IMG/VR virus record: IMGVR_UViG_3300010340_000930
Coordinates: 1,653-65,652 of that record
DNA: 64,000 bases
Reading direction: 5' to 3' (one strand)
DNA from: a virus
Taxonomy: Duplodnaviria; Caudoviricetes
Part shown: piece after piece, positions 28,650-38,500 of the stretch
How positions within the stretch are numbered: the stretch's first letter is position 1
Layout of the letters: each line of letters starts with the position of its first letter
Notes under the pieces: model-generated
What the model was told of the DNA's origin: nothing
What the model saw: the letters and a program-made list of their open reading frames with translations, nothing else
The model's database searches: none
Translations under genes and position numbers: made by a program

Positions 28650-29948
28650 ATGTTCTTAGAGAATCCTACCATAAGAAAAATCTTGGATAAGAAAAGTGCA
28701 AGAAAGAAAGTGATAGAATCCATGCTTATAAAGGATTTTAGGAAGTTTGGTTTTAATAAGCAGTTTCTAACCAGGAAATATGAAACTGTTGAAGAAATGA
28801 AAAAAAGTATTCCCGGTGTTGTTTTAGCTGAATCTGTCAGTAATGCTGAATTACGGGTAGGATCGGAAGTAATTAATCTTAAATCAGGTGACTTATATAT
28901 TATGCCATTGGATTTCTATATAAGGGGTTTTACCAATGGAGAGTTCTTTTATTTGAAGCCTTATAAACAAAGATTTGAAGAATATTTTCGAAGATATCTT
29001 GGTTATGATTTAAATAATAAGAAGATCCTGATCTGGCGTGTTGGTGGATTGGGTGATTTAATCTTTTCTCAACCTCTTGTGCAATTTCTTAAAAAGACAT
29101 ATCCATCTTGTTATATTGGATTTGCAACTGCACCTGAGAACAGATTTTTATTTAAGGCTTGGCCTGATGGATTGATAGATGATATTTCAATTATTCCATT
29201 TAAGCTTGATTATTTTTCGAAGTTTGATTATCATTTGACCTTTGAGGGAGCAATTGAGCGTTGCAAGGAAAGTGAAAAAGTTAATTGTTATGATATCTTT
29301 AAAAGAGTAGCTAACGTCGATTTCGATGTTAGAGATTATTTACCGAGATTGATTCTAGATCAAGAGGAAGTTAATAAGTTCAAGCGGTTCGTTCCTGATA
29401 ATACTATTCTTATTCAAATGAGAGCATCTTCTCCATTGAGAATGATGGCAACGAGAAAATGGATAAAAATAATAAATAAATTAGCAGAATTGGGATTCCA
29501 TGTTGCTGTAATTGATTCTCAAGATAATCAAAAGATGTATGATGAATTTTTAATTCAGCAATTTGGTCTTAAGAATAAACTTACCAACTTATCCAAATTC
29601 TCAAAAACCATATATAACGGAATTCATATGCTAGCCAACTGTAAAGGATTTATTGGAATCGATAGTTCCTTCACACATATTGCTCCAGCTATAGGTATAC
29701 CCTCAGTTGGAATATATGGACCATTCCTGGGGGATTTGAGAATGAGATATTATAAAAATGCGGATTGGGTTGATGCTTCAAATTATGATAATATATGTGG
29801 TAGATATCCTTGCTTCTTTCATCGAAGCGAGGTAGAGATATGTCCATATTATAGTGATCATCAACCTGTTGGATGTCTAAATAGTATTTCTGAGAATGAG
29901 GTTATAAATAAATTATTGAATCTTTTAAACTCACAAAAAGAAAAATGA
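28650..29948 (+). CDS. GT9 (heptosyltransferase-like) glycosyltransferase
   Basis: KILIWRVGGLGDLIFSQP; FIGIDSSFTHIAPAIGIPSVGIYGP. Confidence 0.85.
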   Translation: MFLENPTIRKILDKKSARKKVIESMLIKDFRKFGFNKQFLTRKYETVEEMKKSIPGVVLAESVSNAELRVGSEVINLKSGDLYIMPLDFYIRGFTNGEFFYLKPYKQRFEEYFRRYLGYDLNNKKILIWRVGGLGDLIFSQPLVQFLKKTYPSCYIGFATAPENRFLFKAWPDGLIDDISIIPFKLDYFSKFDYHLTFEGAIERCKESEKVNCYDIFKRVANVDFDVRDYLPRLILDQEEVNKFKRFVPDNTILIQMRASSPLRMMATRKWIKIINKLAELGFHVAVIDSQDNQKMYDEFLIQQFGLKNKLTNLSKFSKTIYNGIHMLANCKGFIGIDSSFTHIAPAIGIPSVGIYGPFLGDLRMRYYKNADWVDASNYDNICGRYPCFFHRSEVEICPYYSDHQPVGCLNSISENEVINKLLNLLNSQKEK

Positions 29949-30190
29949 AAAGAGAAAATAGAATATATTTAGAGAAATTGAAAATTGAATTTGGGGATTT
30001 TATTCAGTTATGTGAATCATGCAACAATAGATATGGATTATTTAAAGTAAGAAAAGCGACCATGAAACTCAGAAATATGCTCAAGATATTTCGAAAAATG
30101 TTGATTGAAGAAGACAAAGAATTAAATGAAATTACCAAACAATTTAATGAAAAAATACAAAATGACTTTTTCAATAAAGAGATTGATTAG
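29945..30190 (+). CDS. Hypothetical protein
   Basis: 81 aa; ATGA overlap with GT9. Confidence 0.55.
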   Translation: MKRENRIYLEKLKIEFGDFIQLCESCNNRYGLFKVRKATMKLRNMLKIFRKMLIEEDKELNEITKQFNEKIQNDFFNKEID

Positions 30191-30206
30191 AGAAAGGAGT
30201 CAGACA

Positions 30207-30998
30207 ATGAAAAGAGTTATGTTGTTTTCTCCGGGATTAGATTCATATCTCGCGAATTATTTATTAATGCATTCATTGAACGAACCTTTGACGAGAGTCT
30301 ATTTTGATTTGGGTTCCAGACGGTATTCACTTACAGAGGTCAACTTTTTACAAAAACTATATAATAAAAAATATGTAAAAATTGATGGGAGAGTGTTTCT
30401 TGGTGATCTTGAATATGCTGATGCACATATTCCAAACAGAAATGCTGTTTTATGTACCCTAGCACAAGCAGTATACAATGCGGATGTGGTTTATTTAAAT
30501 GGTGTTAAGTGTGATCGTGTAAGTGATAACAATTCTCAATTTAGAAAGAGTATGTCCAGATTACTTACAAAAAGTGCTGGAAAGATTGTACTTGTTTCAA
30601 GCGTTTTATCCTCCAAGGAAAAAGTTAGCTGGTGTAAATATTATGCTGAGCAAGTAAAAAGTATTGATGAAAGAATGAAATTGATCATAAATACATTTTC
30701 TTGCTTCACTGAAAATGAAAATTTATCTTTTAAAAAAGTACCTGTATATATGTATAATGAACATGATGATGTATATGAAGAGTTGACTGATGTTGAATAT
30801 CCTGGATGTTTAAGATGTGATGCTTGTTTCAGAAAGGTGTGCGCATTGACTGGGGCGAATTTATATATTGATATGTCCAAACCGTATAAATTTAGAGAAA
30901 AGTTTGATTCGCTATTAAATGATAAGACATTTTGTAGGAAATATCCTGCAAGAACGAAATCAATTAAAAGATATATTGATTTTTTAAATTCTGTTTAA
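30207..30998 (+). CDS. queC: 7-cyano-7-deazaguanine synthase-like PP-loop ATPase
   Basis: SD aaaggag before ATG at 30207; LFSPGLDS PP-loop, IPNRNAVL, D...F motif, TFSC, Zn site GCLRCDACFRK. Confidence 0.8.
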   Translation: MKRVMLFSPGLDSYLANYLLMHSLNEPLTRVYFDLGSRRYSLTEVNFLQKLYNKKYVKIDGRVFLGDLEYADAHIPNRNAVLCTLAQAVYNADVVYLNGVKCDRVSDNNSQFRKSMSRLLTKSAGKIVLVSSVLSSKEKVSWCKYYAEQVKSIDERMKLIINTFSCFTENENLSFKKVPVYMYNEHDDVYEELTDVEYPGCLRCDACFRKVCALTGANLYIDMSKPYKFREKFDSLLNDKTFCRKYPARTKSIKRYIDFLNSV

Positions 30999-31008
30999 GA
31001 GTTTTATT

Positions 31009-31530
31009 ATGAGTCCATGGACTAAATTTCAAATTTGGTTAACGGATAATGATATAAAGAGCAAGTTAGATCCAGAGATTTTGAAAGTTGTTAATATCAG
31101 AAGTGCATTGCTAATGTTTTGTTACATGGATGATATTACTATTTACCTTAATAAATATTTTAATACATTCGAAAGTTTAAAATTGGATCAGAAAGATGTA
31201 TTTGTATTCTTGAAAAAGATTTGCATGAGGAAAAATATTAAGAGGCATCAACTTAGTTTTATAAAGTATGAAAAGAAAGATAATATCTTAAATAAAGTTC
31301 AATTGAGAATACCATTTTTAAAGAAGGAGGAAATTAAATATTTTCTTGAGAAAATAAAAAATACAGAATATGAGGAACAATTGTTAGAGTCATTCGGATT
31401 AAAGAAAACGGAGAAAAAGAAAATCTCTAAAAAAGAAATGAAGAAAATGGAACAGCAGTTGAAAAATGAAAATTTAATTTCTTCGGTTGTTAAAATTCTA
31501 ACTTGGAAGCAATGGGTAAATCAATTTTAG
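31009..31530 (+). CDS. Hypothetical protein, possibly clamp-loader A subunit (gp62-like)
   Basis: Size and helical K-rich pattern loosely resemble gp62; weak. Confidence 0.35.
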   Translation: MSPWTKFQIWLTDNDIKSKLDPEILKVVNIRSALLMFCYMDDITIYLNKYFNTFESLKLDQKDVFVFLKKICMRKNIKRHQLSFIKYEKKDNILNKVQLRIPFLKKEEIKYFLEKIKNTEYEEQLLESFGLKKTEKKKISKKEMKKMEQQLKNENLISSVVKILTWKQWVNQF

Positions 31531-31545
31531 AAGGGAGTTATAAAA

Positions 31546-31731
31546 ATGGATGAAATTCGGAGATTCGATGAAGAGGAAGATATCTTTGGTGAGATGACGG
31601 ATGAAGATTTTGATGATGCAGATGATGATTTGGATATGATTAATGAATATAATTTTGAAGATGAAGAAGATGAACTCGAGGATGAAGAAAAGGAATATGA
31701 AGCCGATGAAGATGGGGAAATTATCTTCTGA
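31546..31731 (+). CDS. Extremely acidic small protein
   Basis: SD gggag; about 34 of 61 residues are D/E. Confidence 0.7.
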   Translation: MDEIRRFDEEEDIFGEMTDEDFDDADDDLDMINEYNFEDEEDELEDEEKEYEADEDGEIIF

Positions 31732-31766
31732 GTGAATCATCAATAAATTAAACCCCGATAATTTTT

Positions 31767-31800
31767 GAGGGAGGTTCTCTATTGAGCCTCCCTCATTTTT
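31767..31800 (+). terminator. Rho-independent terminator
   Basis: gagggagg...cctccctc stem followed by a T-run. Confidence 0.7.
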
Positions 31801-31879
31801 CATTTAATTATATATATTAAATATTGAACAATAGTAGTTTATATTTTAATTTTATTTTTTTAAGAAAGGAATCACGTAA

Positions 31880-32227
31880 ATGACAAACAAAAAGAAATTA
31901 AGTTTGATTGGGACGAAGCTTAAGATATGTCTTAATTCACCAGTGTGTGTGAATAGCGTATTAAAATTGTTTGGAATGTTAACTATAATTTATATTTTTA
32001 TTAAGGAAATGTGTAAAAGAATTTCACGTATTGTTCCAGATAACGAAGAAAGATTTGTTTACATCTGGAAAACAGCAGTGATGAATAAAAAGATGTATGA
32101 GAATTATATTGCTGAAATCCTGAAACTGAGACATCAGAAAAAATATTCTGATGTCAATTTAGAGAAAATCTCAAGAATTTCCAAGAGATTTACCAATTTG
32201 TATTTTGACAAGAAAGGAGTATTTTAA
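31880..32227 (+). CDS. Hypothetical protein
   Basis: SD aaagga; 115 aa. Confidence 0.55.
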   Translation: MTNKKKLSLIGTKLKICLNSPVCVNSVLKLFGMLTIIYIFIKEMCKRISRIVPDNEERFVYIWKTAVMNKKMYENYIAEILKLRHQKKYSDVNLEKISRISKRFTNLYFDKKGVF

Positions 32228-32230
32228 CAA

Positions 32231-32422
32231 ATGGAATTGAAAATTTATGAGAATAACGGAATGATAAAGTATTCAAACCATGAGTTAGCAATTCACAATG
32301 ACGCAATGATTGAAATGTATGAACAGCTAGAAGATGAACTAAAATATAAATCTGAAAAAAATAAGAGACTCTGGAAAAGAAAGATCATAAATAATATTAA
32401 GGAGGATGATATTATGTTATGA
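32231..32422 (+). CDS. Hypothetical protein
   Basis: SD aaggag; 63 aa. Confidence 0.55.
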   Translation: MELKIYENNGMIKYSNHELAIHNDAMIEMYEQLEDELKYKSEKNKRLWKRKIINNIKEDDIML

Positions 32423-32685
32423 GTATTCAGAAACGTAACAGAAAAAAGGAAGCTTTCTTTCATTGTAAAGACAGAGCTAAAGAAAGATATGGTTTGATAT
32501 TGACTAAAGACATATATGAAAATATGGTAAGATCAGTACATAAAGTTACATATGACTCGGAGGATTTTTATGTGATCTATCATAAAAATTTAGATGGTTT
32601 GGTCACATTTTTACCAAAAGATATGACTATGAATAATATTAGAGAAGAAACACGAATGATAGAGTACTTTAATTTTGTTGTATAA
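32419..32685 (+). CDS. Hypothetical phage protein
   Basis: SD aaggagg; HCKDRAKERYG and VTFLP motifs are common in small phage proteins. Confidence 0.6.
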   Translation: MSIQKRNRKKEAFFHCKDRAKERYGLILTKDIYENMVRSVHKVTYDSEDFYVIYHKNLDGLVTFLPKDMTMNNIREETRMIEYFNFVV

Positions 32686-32970
32686 ATCTTTTAATGTTAA
32701 TAGAGGAGAGGGCTCTCATATAGAGATATCCAAGAGATCAAATGTTGATCCCCCTCTCCCAAAAAAAGGACCCTCAATTATGAGCGAAGAGTATTAATTG
32801 TGATTATTATATGTTTATTGTGGTTGCTCATTGGAATTATTTATTTTATACCTTCTTTGAATAAATTAGAAGGTTTTAATAAATTTTAAAACGGTTTTTG
32901 AGATAAACTGCGTGTTGGGGTTGGATCCATTTTCGGTTTACATCTCTGAAAACATCAAGGAGATACTTCA

Positions 32971-33648
32971 ATGGTAAAAGTAAAAGAAAAGGAATTCATC
33001 TTGAATGAGGAGAATGGGACGCAAAGTCTTGAGCTTGAGAATTATATCAATTTGATAAAATGGCAAATCAGAAAACTGAGAGAAATTTATAAGATTGATT
33101 ATAACCACTTGTATACAAAAAATGATGCTTTGAATGATGGGATTTTGGCTTTTTATGAAGCTAGAAGCAAATATAATCCCAATATTGCAAAATTCTCAAC
33201 TTATCTTTTCTATTATGTTAAGAGAAATTTCTTGGATGGATTTAAATCGAGTGCAGCAGTTTACATGCCGAAAGTGAAGAAGACACCATATATTAACAAT
33301 CCAAGTTTCTTAATTAATCTCAATGATATCAATGAGCAATATGAGAATGGTGAGACATTTAATTTTGATGACATGGTAAGGATAAGTGATATGGATAGAA
33401 AAGATAAAATACATGATGAATTAATTTCTGAAGAAATATATGATATTATTTTAAAAGTGTTAGATATTTTGTCTGGCCAAGAAAAAGAAATTATCAAATT
33501 ATATTATGGAGTAAATTGTAAACAGATAAATCTTTTTCAGATTAGTAAGAAGTTTAATATTACCAAACAAGCAGTCTCATATCATATCCATCATGGTCTC
33601 AATAAAATAAAAGAATACTTAGTAAGAGAATATCCTGGTATTATTTAA
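32971..33648 (+). CDS. Sigma-70-family RNA polymerase sigma factor
   Basis: Region 2 DALNDGILAFYEARSKYNP...KFSTYLFYYVK; region 4 LSGQEKEIIKLYYG...LFQISKKFNITKQAVS. Confidence 0.85.
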   Translation: MVKVKEKEFILNEENGTQSLELENYINLIKWQIRKLREIYKIDYNHLYTKNDALNDGILAFYEARSKYNPNIAKFSTYLFYYVKRNFLDGFKSSAAVYMPKVKKTPYINNPSFLINLNDINEQYENGETFNFDDMVRISDMDRKDKIHDELISEEIYDIILKVLDILSGQEKEIIKLYYGVNCKQINLFQISKKFNITKQAVSYHIHHGLNKIKEYLVREYPGII

Positions 33649-33777
33649 ATTAATGGGAGCACTTAATTTTAAAGACTTTGATTGTAGAAAAGATAATTCT
33701 CTGATTGTAAATATAAATATAGGGTATCCAACGATATTGCGATAAGCAGTACATATTCTTTTTGAAATAAATGGATT

Positions 33778-33851
33778 GCACCCGTGGCTCAAGTGGTTAG
33801 AGCGCTCGCCTTATAAGCGTGAGGTTGTTGGTTCGACTCCAACCGGGTGCA
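33778..33851 (+). tRNA. tRNA-Ile (anticodon TAT/UAU), CCA not encoded
   Basis: Acceptor GCACCCG/CGGGTGC plus A73, D arm GCTC/GAGC, anticodon loop CT-TAT-AA (33812-33814), T arm GTTGG-TTCGACT-CCAAC. Confidence 0.9.
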
Positions 33852-33879
33852 TTTTTTAATTTTTAAGAAAGGATAAATC

Positions 33880-34243
33880 ATGCAAGACAAATACGAAAAG
33901 TTTTGGGATGAATTGGTACTTAGAACTACAAGTATGATATTCCATGTGGATAAAGGAGAAAGTTGATCCGTTTTACCGAAACATTATAAAAAGTGCATTG
34001 ATTGGCACAGGTACCCGAACGTCTTTGATAGAATTGAAGGACGAAGAATGTGACGAGAATATCTCGGATGTATATGATGAATTTTGCAGAAAATTGGAGT
34101 TTGATTTAACTGTTTGATGTTTGGAATACCCATGGCATACAACCGATCTTGCCAGGAAATCATGAGAATTTGCTTTAGTTGACGCGAACATGTGGTCATT
34201 GGTGTATGATTTGAGAGATTCCAAACTTGATGATGAGAATTGA
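33880..34243 (+). pseudogene. Disrupted hypothetical gene (one frameshift, two in-frame TGA)
   Basis: SD aagaaagga and ATG at 33880; continues in a shifted frame as KVDPFYRNIIK...DLTV*CLEYPW...RKS*EFALV...DDEN*. Confidence 0.4.
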
Positions 34244-34265
34244 TTAAGAAAGGATATATAAACAG

Positions 34266-34496
34266 ATGCAGTCCGAGAATGTCTCTACGATAAGAAAAGG
34301 AGTTGGATCAAAATTATCTGAGTTGGATGAACAATTGAGAATGTTACGTCTCGTTAAAAATGTCTGTATGAATTATTTCATACGTTATAAAGAAGACCTA
34401 GAGTTGATTAAAATGTTGGTGGAATTAGATGAATATTTAATCCAGAAGATTGATGACATTGAAAAAGAAATAACGGAGATTAAAAATCTTGTTTAA
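34266..34496 (+). CDS. Hypothetical coiled-coil protein
   Basis: SD aaagga; 76 aa. Confidence 0.55.
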   Translation: MQSENVSTIRKGVGSKLSELDEQLRMLRLVKNVCMNYFIRYKEDLELIKMLVELDEYLIQKIDDIEKEITEIKNLV

Positions 34497-34523
34497 AAAA
34501 ATAGAAAGGATAATTGAATTATT

Positions 34524-34832
34524 ATGAAGCTCCATATCAATGATGATTATAGAATCATTACAGATAAATATTGCTGGGTCTTGCAACGCAAGAAATACAA
34601 AAAGAACAAAAAAGAATTTGTATGGAAGAATTTTTATTATTGTAATTCCTTGGAAAGTGTATTGAGGAATTTATACGAGCTTCAGATCAGGTTGATAGAT
34701 AATAATAAGGATGATAATATTAATATCATTCAAGAAAAAATTGAGAAGTTTGAAAGAGAAATCAGAGAATTGATTAAGAATATCTCTATTAAAATGATCT
34801 CTGCTGAAAAAACTCCTCCACTCATTATTTAG
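34524..34832 (+). CDS. Hypothetical phage protein (DUF5405-like N-terminus)
   Basis: YRIITDKYCWVLQ...WKNFYYCNSLESVL pattern. Confidence 0.55.
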   Translation: MKLHINDDYRIITDKYCWVLQRKKYKKNKKEFVWKNFYYCNSLESVLRNLYELQIRLIDNNKDDNINIIQEKIEKFEREIRELIKNISIKMISAEKTPPLII

Positions 34833-34844
34833 GAGATGATAACA

Positions 34845-35030
34845 ATGGAATCTGGTTGGGAGAAAATTAGAGAATTAGAAGAAAAAATTTCCATTCTTGA
34901 GGAGACATATAGTTATCTTAAGGTGTTGTGTCTCCAAACTGTTAATCCTGCAAATAAAGATATTTTATACACATATCTTAAAGATGTGATAAATATGGTT
35001 ATTGATAATCATGAAAAAAAGAATGAATGA
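34845..35030 (+). CDS. Hypothetical protein
   Basis: SD aggag is well spaced for the ATG at 34845. Confidence 0.5.
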   Translation: MESGWEKIRELEEKISILEETYSYLKVLCLQTVNPANKDILYTYLKDVINMVIDNHEKKNE

Positions 35031-35060
35031 GATTCAAAAAAAAATAAAAAGGAAAGAATT

Positions 35061-35444
35061 ATGAATTCAAAGAAAATCCCATTGAACAAATATCACTTTG
35101 TATATTTTAAAATAAGGGTTCAATACTGGATTGATTATTTTGGTTTGAGGGAATGGTTATGTTCATTTGAATTTGAGGATAACGACGAAATGCATGCACG
35201 AGTATGGTATGATCTTGAATCCTATACCTGTAAATTTTATCTAGCTAAGAATTTTAATGATTCGATTGAAGAAAAACTTGAGACTTATATTGATAAATGT
35301 GCATTCCATGAAGTTTTTCATTTGTTGCTATCTGAATTCAGTTCATTGGCTTCCAAGCGATATTGTACTCAATCGCAATTGGATGCAGCAGAAGAAAAAT
35401 TCGTACGAAAAATGGAAAATTTGGTGTGGAATAAATTGGTGTAA
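35061..35444 (+). CDS. Putative HExxH metallopeptidase-fold phage protein
   Basis: AFHEVFHLLL motif; SD aaaggaaag. Confidence 0.55.
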   Translation: MNSKKIPLNKYHFVYFKIRVQYWIDYFGLREWLCSFEFEDNDEMHARVWYDLESYTCKFYLAKNFNDSIEEKLETYIDKCAFHEVFHLLLSEFSSLASKRYCTQSQLDAAEEKFVRKMENLVWNKLV

Positions 35445-35541
35445 ATAACAATATTATATAATTTTCATATGGTTTGATCTCTTTGGTTTTACCTTTTATT
35501 TTTTTGAGAGAGATGTTATAAAGAAGGGTGGTTTTGAGATC

Positions 35542-38500
35542 ATGAAAAAGAGTTATGCTAATTGCTCATTATGTCCTTTGTATGAGAAACCAATAGTAAT
35601 TGGTGAATCCAGTCATAATGAATTAGACAAAATAAGATTATTGGTTTTAGCGGAAGCACCTTCCAAAGAAGAGGTGAAGAATAATAAACCGCTCTGCGGA
35701 CCAGCGGGTAAAATTTTTAGAGAAGTATTTAATGGATTAAAATTAAATCAAATTCCACATATAATTACCAATGTTTGTCTGTGTGCTAATTTGGATAAGA
35801 ACAATAAAAATTCAAATCCCCCACTTGAGGCATTGGAATGTTGTAAAATTAATTGGCAGACACTTATCAAAAATTTGCCTAATTTGGAACTTATTTTGAT
35901 TATGGGTTCTATGCCGATGAAAGTATTTAATATTGCTGAAAGTGGAATCTTAAAATTAAGAGGTAAATTTTATACTTATAATAATATTAATGTAATGCTT
36001 ACTATACACCCAAGTTATATTTTAAGAAACGGTGGTATAGGATCAGAATCATATAATTTGTTTGAATCAGATTTAAAGTTAATAAAAGAAAATTTAAATA
36101 AACACGTATTTGTAAATGTAAGTAAATCAGAGGATGTAAATATAGAATCGGCCCGGGGTATAAATGAGAATTATTTATATTATTTTACCTTACCATCTGA
36201 ATATTATAAAGAAGAATATTGTTTATTTGATGTGCAATATTTAAGAAATAAGCATACCATATTATATATTTTTCTTGATAACAATGGAAATAAAGTATAT
36301 TATAAAATTAAAGATGATATACAGTATTATTATACTAAGGAAGGTAATGCTTTGGATTATGAAACAATACTTCCTGCATCAAATGTAAATTTACATCTTA
36401 ATTTTTATGATATAAAACCTGCCGATAAAGAAAAATATACATTCTTTGAGCGAGATGTTAAATTGGAATTTAAACATGTAATTGATTACAGAATAAAACG
36501 CGAGGTAGAAGAAATACCTTGCAAATTAAAAATTCAATTTATGGATATTGAGGTATTCAGTGATGGAAATCTGGAATTTCCAAGACCAGAAATTGCAAAC
36601 AAACCAATAAATGCAATTTCATTTAAAAATGGAGATGGTCAGACCAATGTTTATATTGTCAGATTTCCTCAAATGGATCAATCAGCTATCCAAGAACGGG
36701 ATGATGTGAATATTAAATTGTTTGATACAGAAAGAGAATTGTTGTTAGCATATTGTGAAGAGATTAAAAAATATGATCCTCATATCATAACAGCTTGGAA
36801 TGGATTGGGGTTTGATTTGCCTTATATTTATAACAGAATGCAAAAAAATGGAATTGATATCAATATGTTATCTCCTATTGGAGAAACCTCATTTGATTTT
36901 GAAAGGTATGGAAATCATTTTATTTACGGATTGCATTTCTTGGATTTGTTAGAAGTATATAAAATGTTTACGTATAATCAAGAATCAAGTTATAAATTAG
37001 GATCAATTGCAAGAAAAGAATTGAGCAAAGATAAGGTTGCATATGAAGGAACACTGGATAACATATATATCAAAGACATCAATAAATTCATTGAATATTC
37101 AAAAGTTGATACAGAATTATTATTTGAATTAGAGGAGAAATTGAAATTTATTGAATTGCTATACGAAATGATAAGAATTTGTTCTTCAACTTGGAATGCT
37201 AGCAAGAGTACCATGGGATTGATTGATCCTCTAATTGTATCGTACGCCAAAAAGAATGGATATGTTTGTAAAGATGCTATACATGAAAGAGATGGAGGAA
37301 GTGAACCTATAAAGGGTGCTTATGTGAGAGAACCCATTTCTGGTTTGCATAGTTATATTGTTGATTTTGACTTTTCATCTCTATATCCATCAACCATTGT
37401 TACTTATAACATGGATCCATCCATAACCATGATCGCTAGTATTGATGACAAGTTGGCATATAAATATATCTATAAAAAAGATGAAATGCCTGAAAAGTTC
37501 ACCATAATTTTATATCCGTATAAAAAGAATGTAATAAGTAAAACTATTACATTAGAGAAGTTCGATAAATTCTTGAAGAAGTATAAAGGAATTATTAATA
37601 TAAATGGAACAATCTTTTTAGGGCATGATTATAAAGAATCATTTATTTCTCAAGTAGTTAAATATCTGTTGGATTCAAGAAAAGAATATCGGCAGAAAAT
37701 GAGAAAATTGGATAAGAAGAGCAATGAATACCATGTCTGTTCAAATAGACAATTAGTTTACAAAATTACAAATAATTCAATTTATGGAGTTCTGGCTAAT
37801 AAGCATTTCAGATTCTTCAATGAGAGAATGGCTGAGGCAATTACCAAAACAGGTCAAGAGGTTAGCAAGTTTGTTCAATATCATCTGGGTCATTATTTAA
37901 AAACAGGTAATAAAGATATTGATTCAGATTTTATAATTAAAAGTGAGGATCAGATTCCATTTATATGTTATGGTGATACTGATTCTATATTTGTGAATAT
38001 TTATGATTATTTGTATAGTAAGAATCTTATAGCGAAAGATGATCCAGATATAGTGGAGAAAGTTTTATCCTGTTGTAAAGAATTAGAGAACTACCTGAAT
38101 AATGAATTATTGGTTAAGTTTGTTGAATTACATAATATTAAACCAGATAATTCTTTACTAAATCTGAAGCAAGAGGTAGTTGCTGATCGAGCATTGTTCC
38201 CCAATGTTAAGAAACGGTATTGTTTACATATAATAAATAAAGATGGTAGACCAGTTGATGAGTATGACATTAAAGGAATCTGTTTGAAGAGATCGGAATA
38301 TCCTGATAAGACTAAAGAATACATAAAACAACTATTGGATCTGATCTTAAAACCGAAAACAATTAATTTTCATGAGATAAAAGATTTTATTGAAGAAAAG
38401 AAAAGAGAAATATATGATTTGTGTGCTGAAGGCGATGCGTCAATTGCAAGAATGGTTAATTTCACTAAACCAATATCTGAATATAAGAATAATAAAGTTC

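Noticed and set aside
30126-30206. N-terminal extension of QueC in the ORF track
   Set aside because: Overlaps the upstream gene; strong SD and the PP-loop position support ATG at 30207
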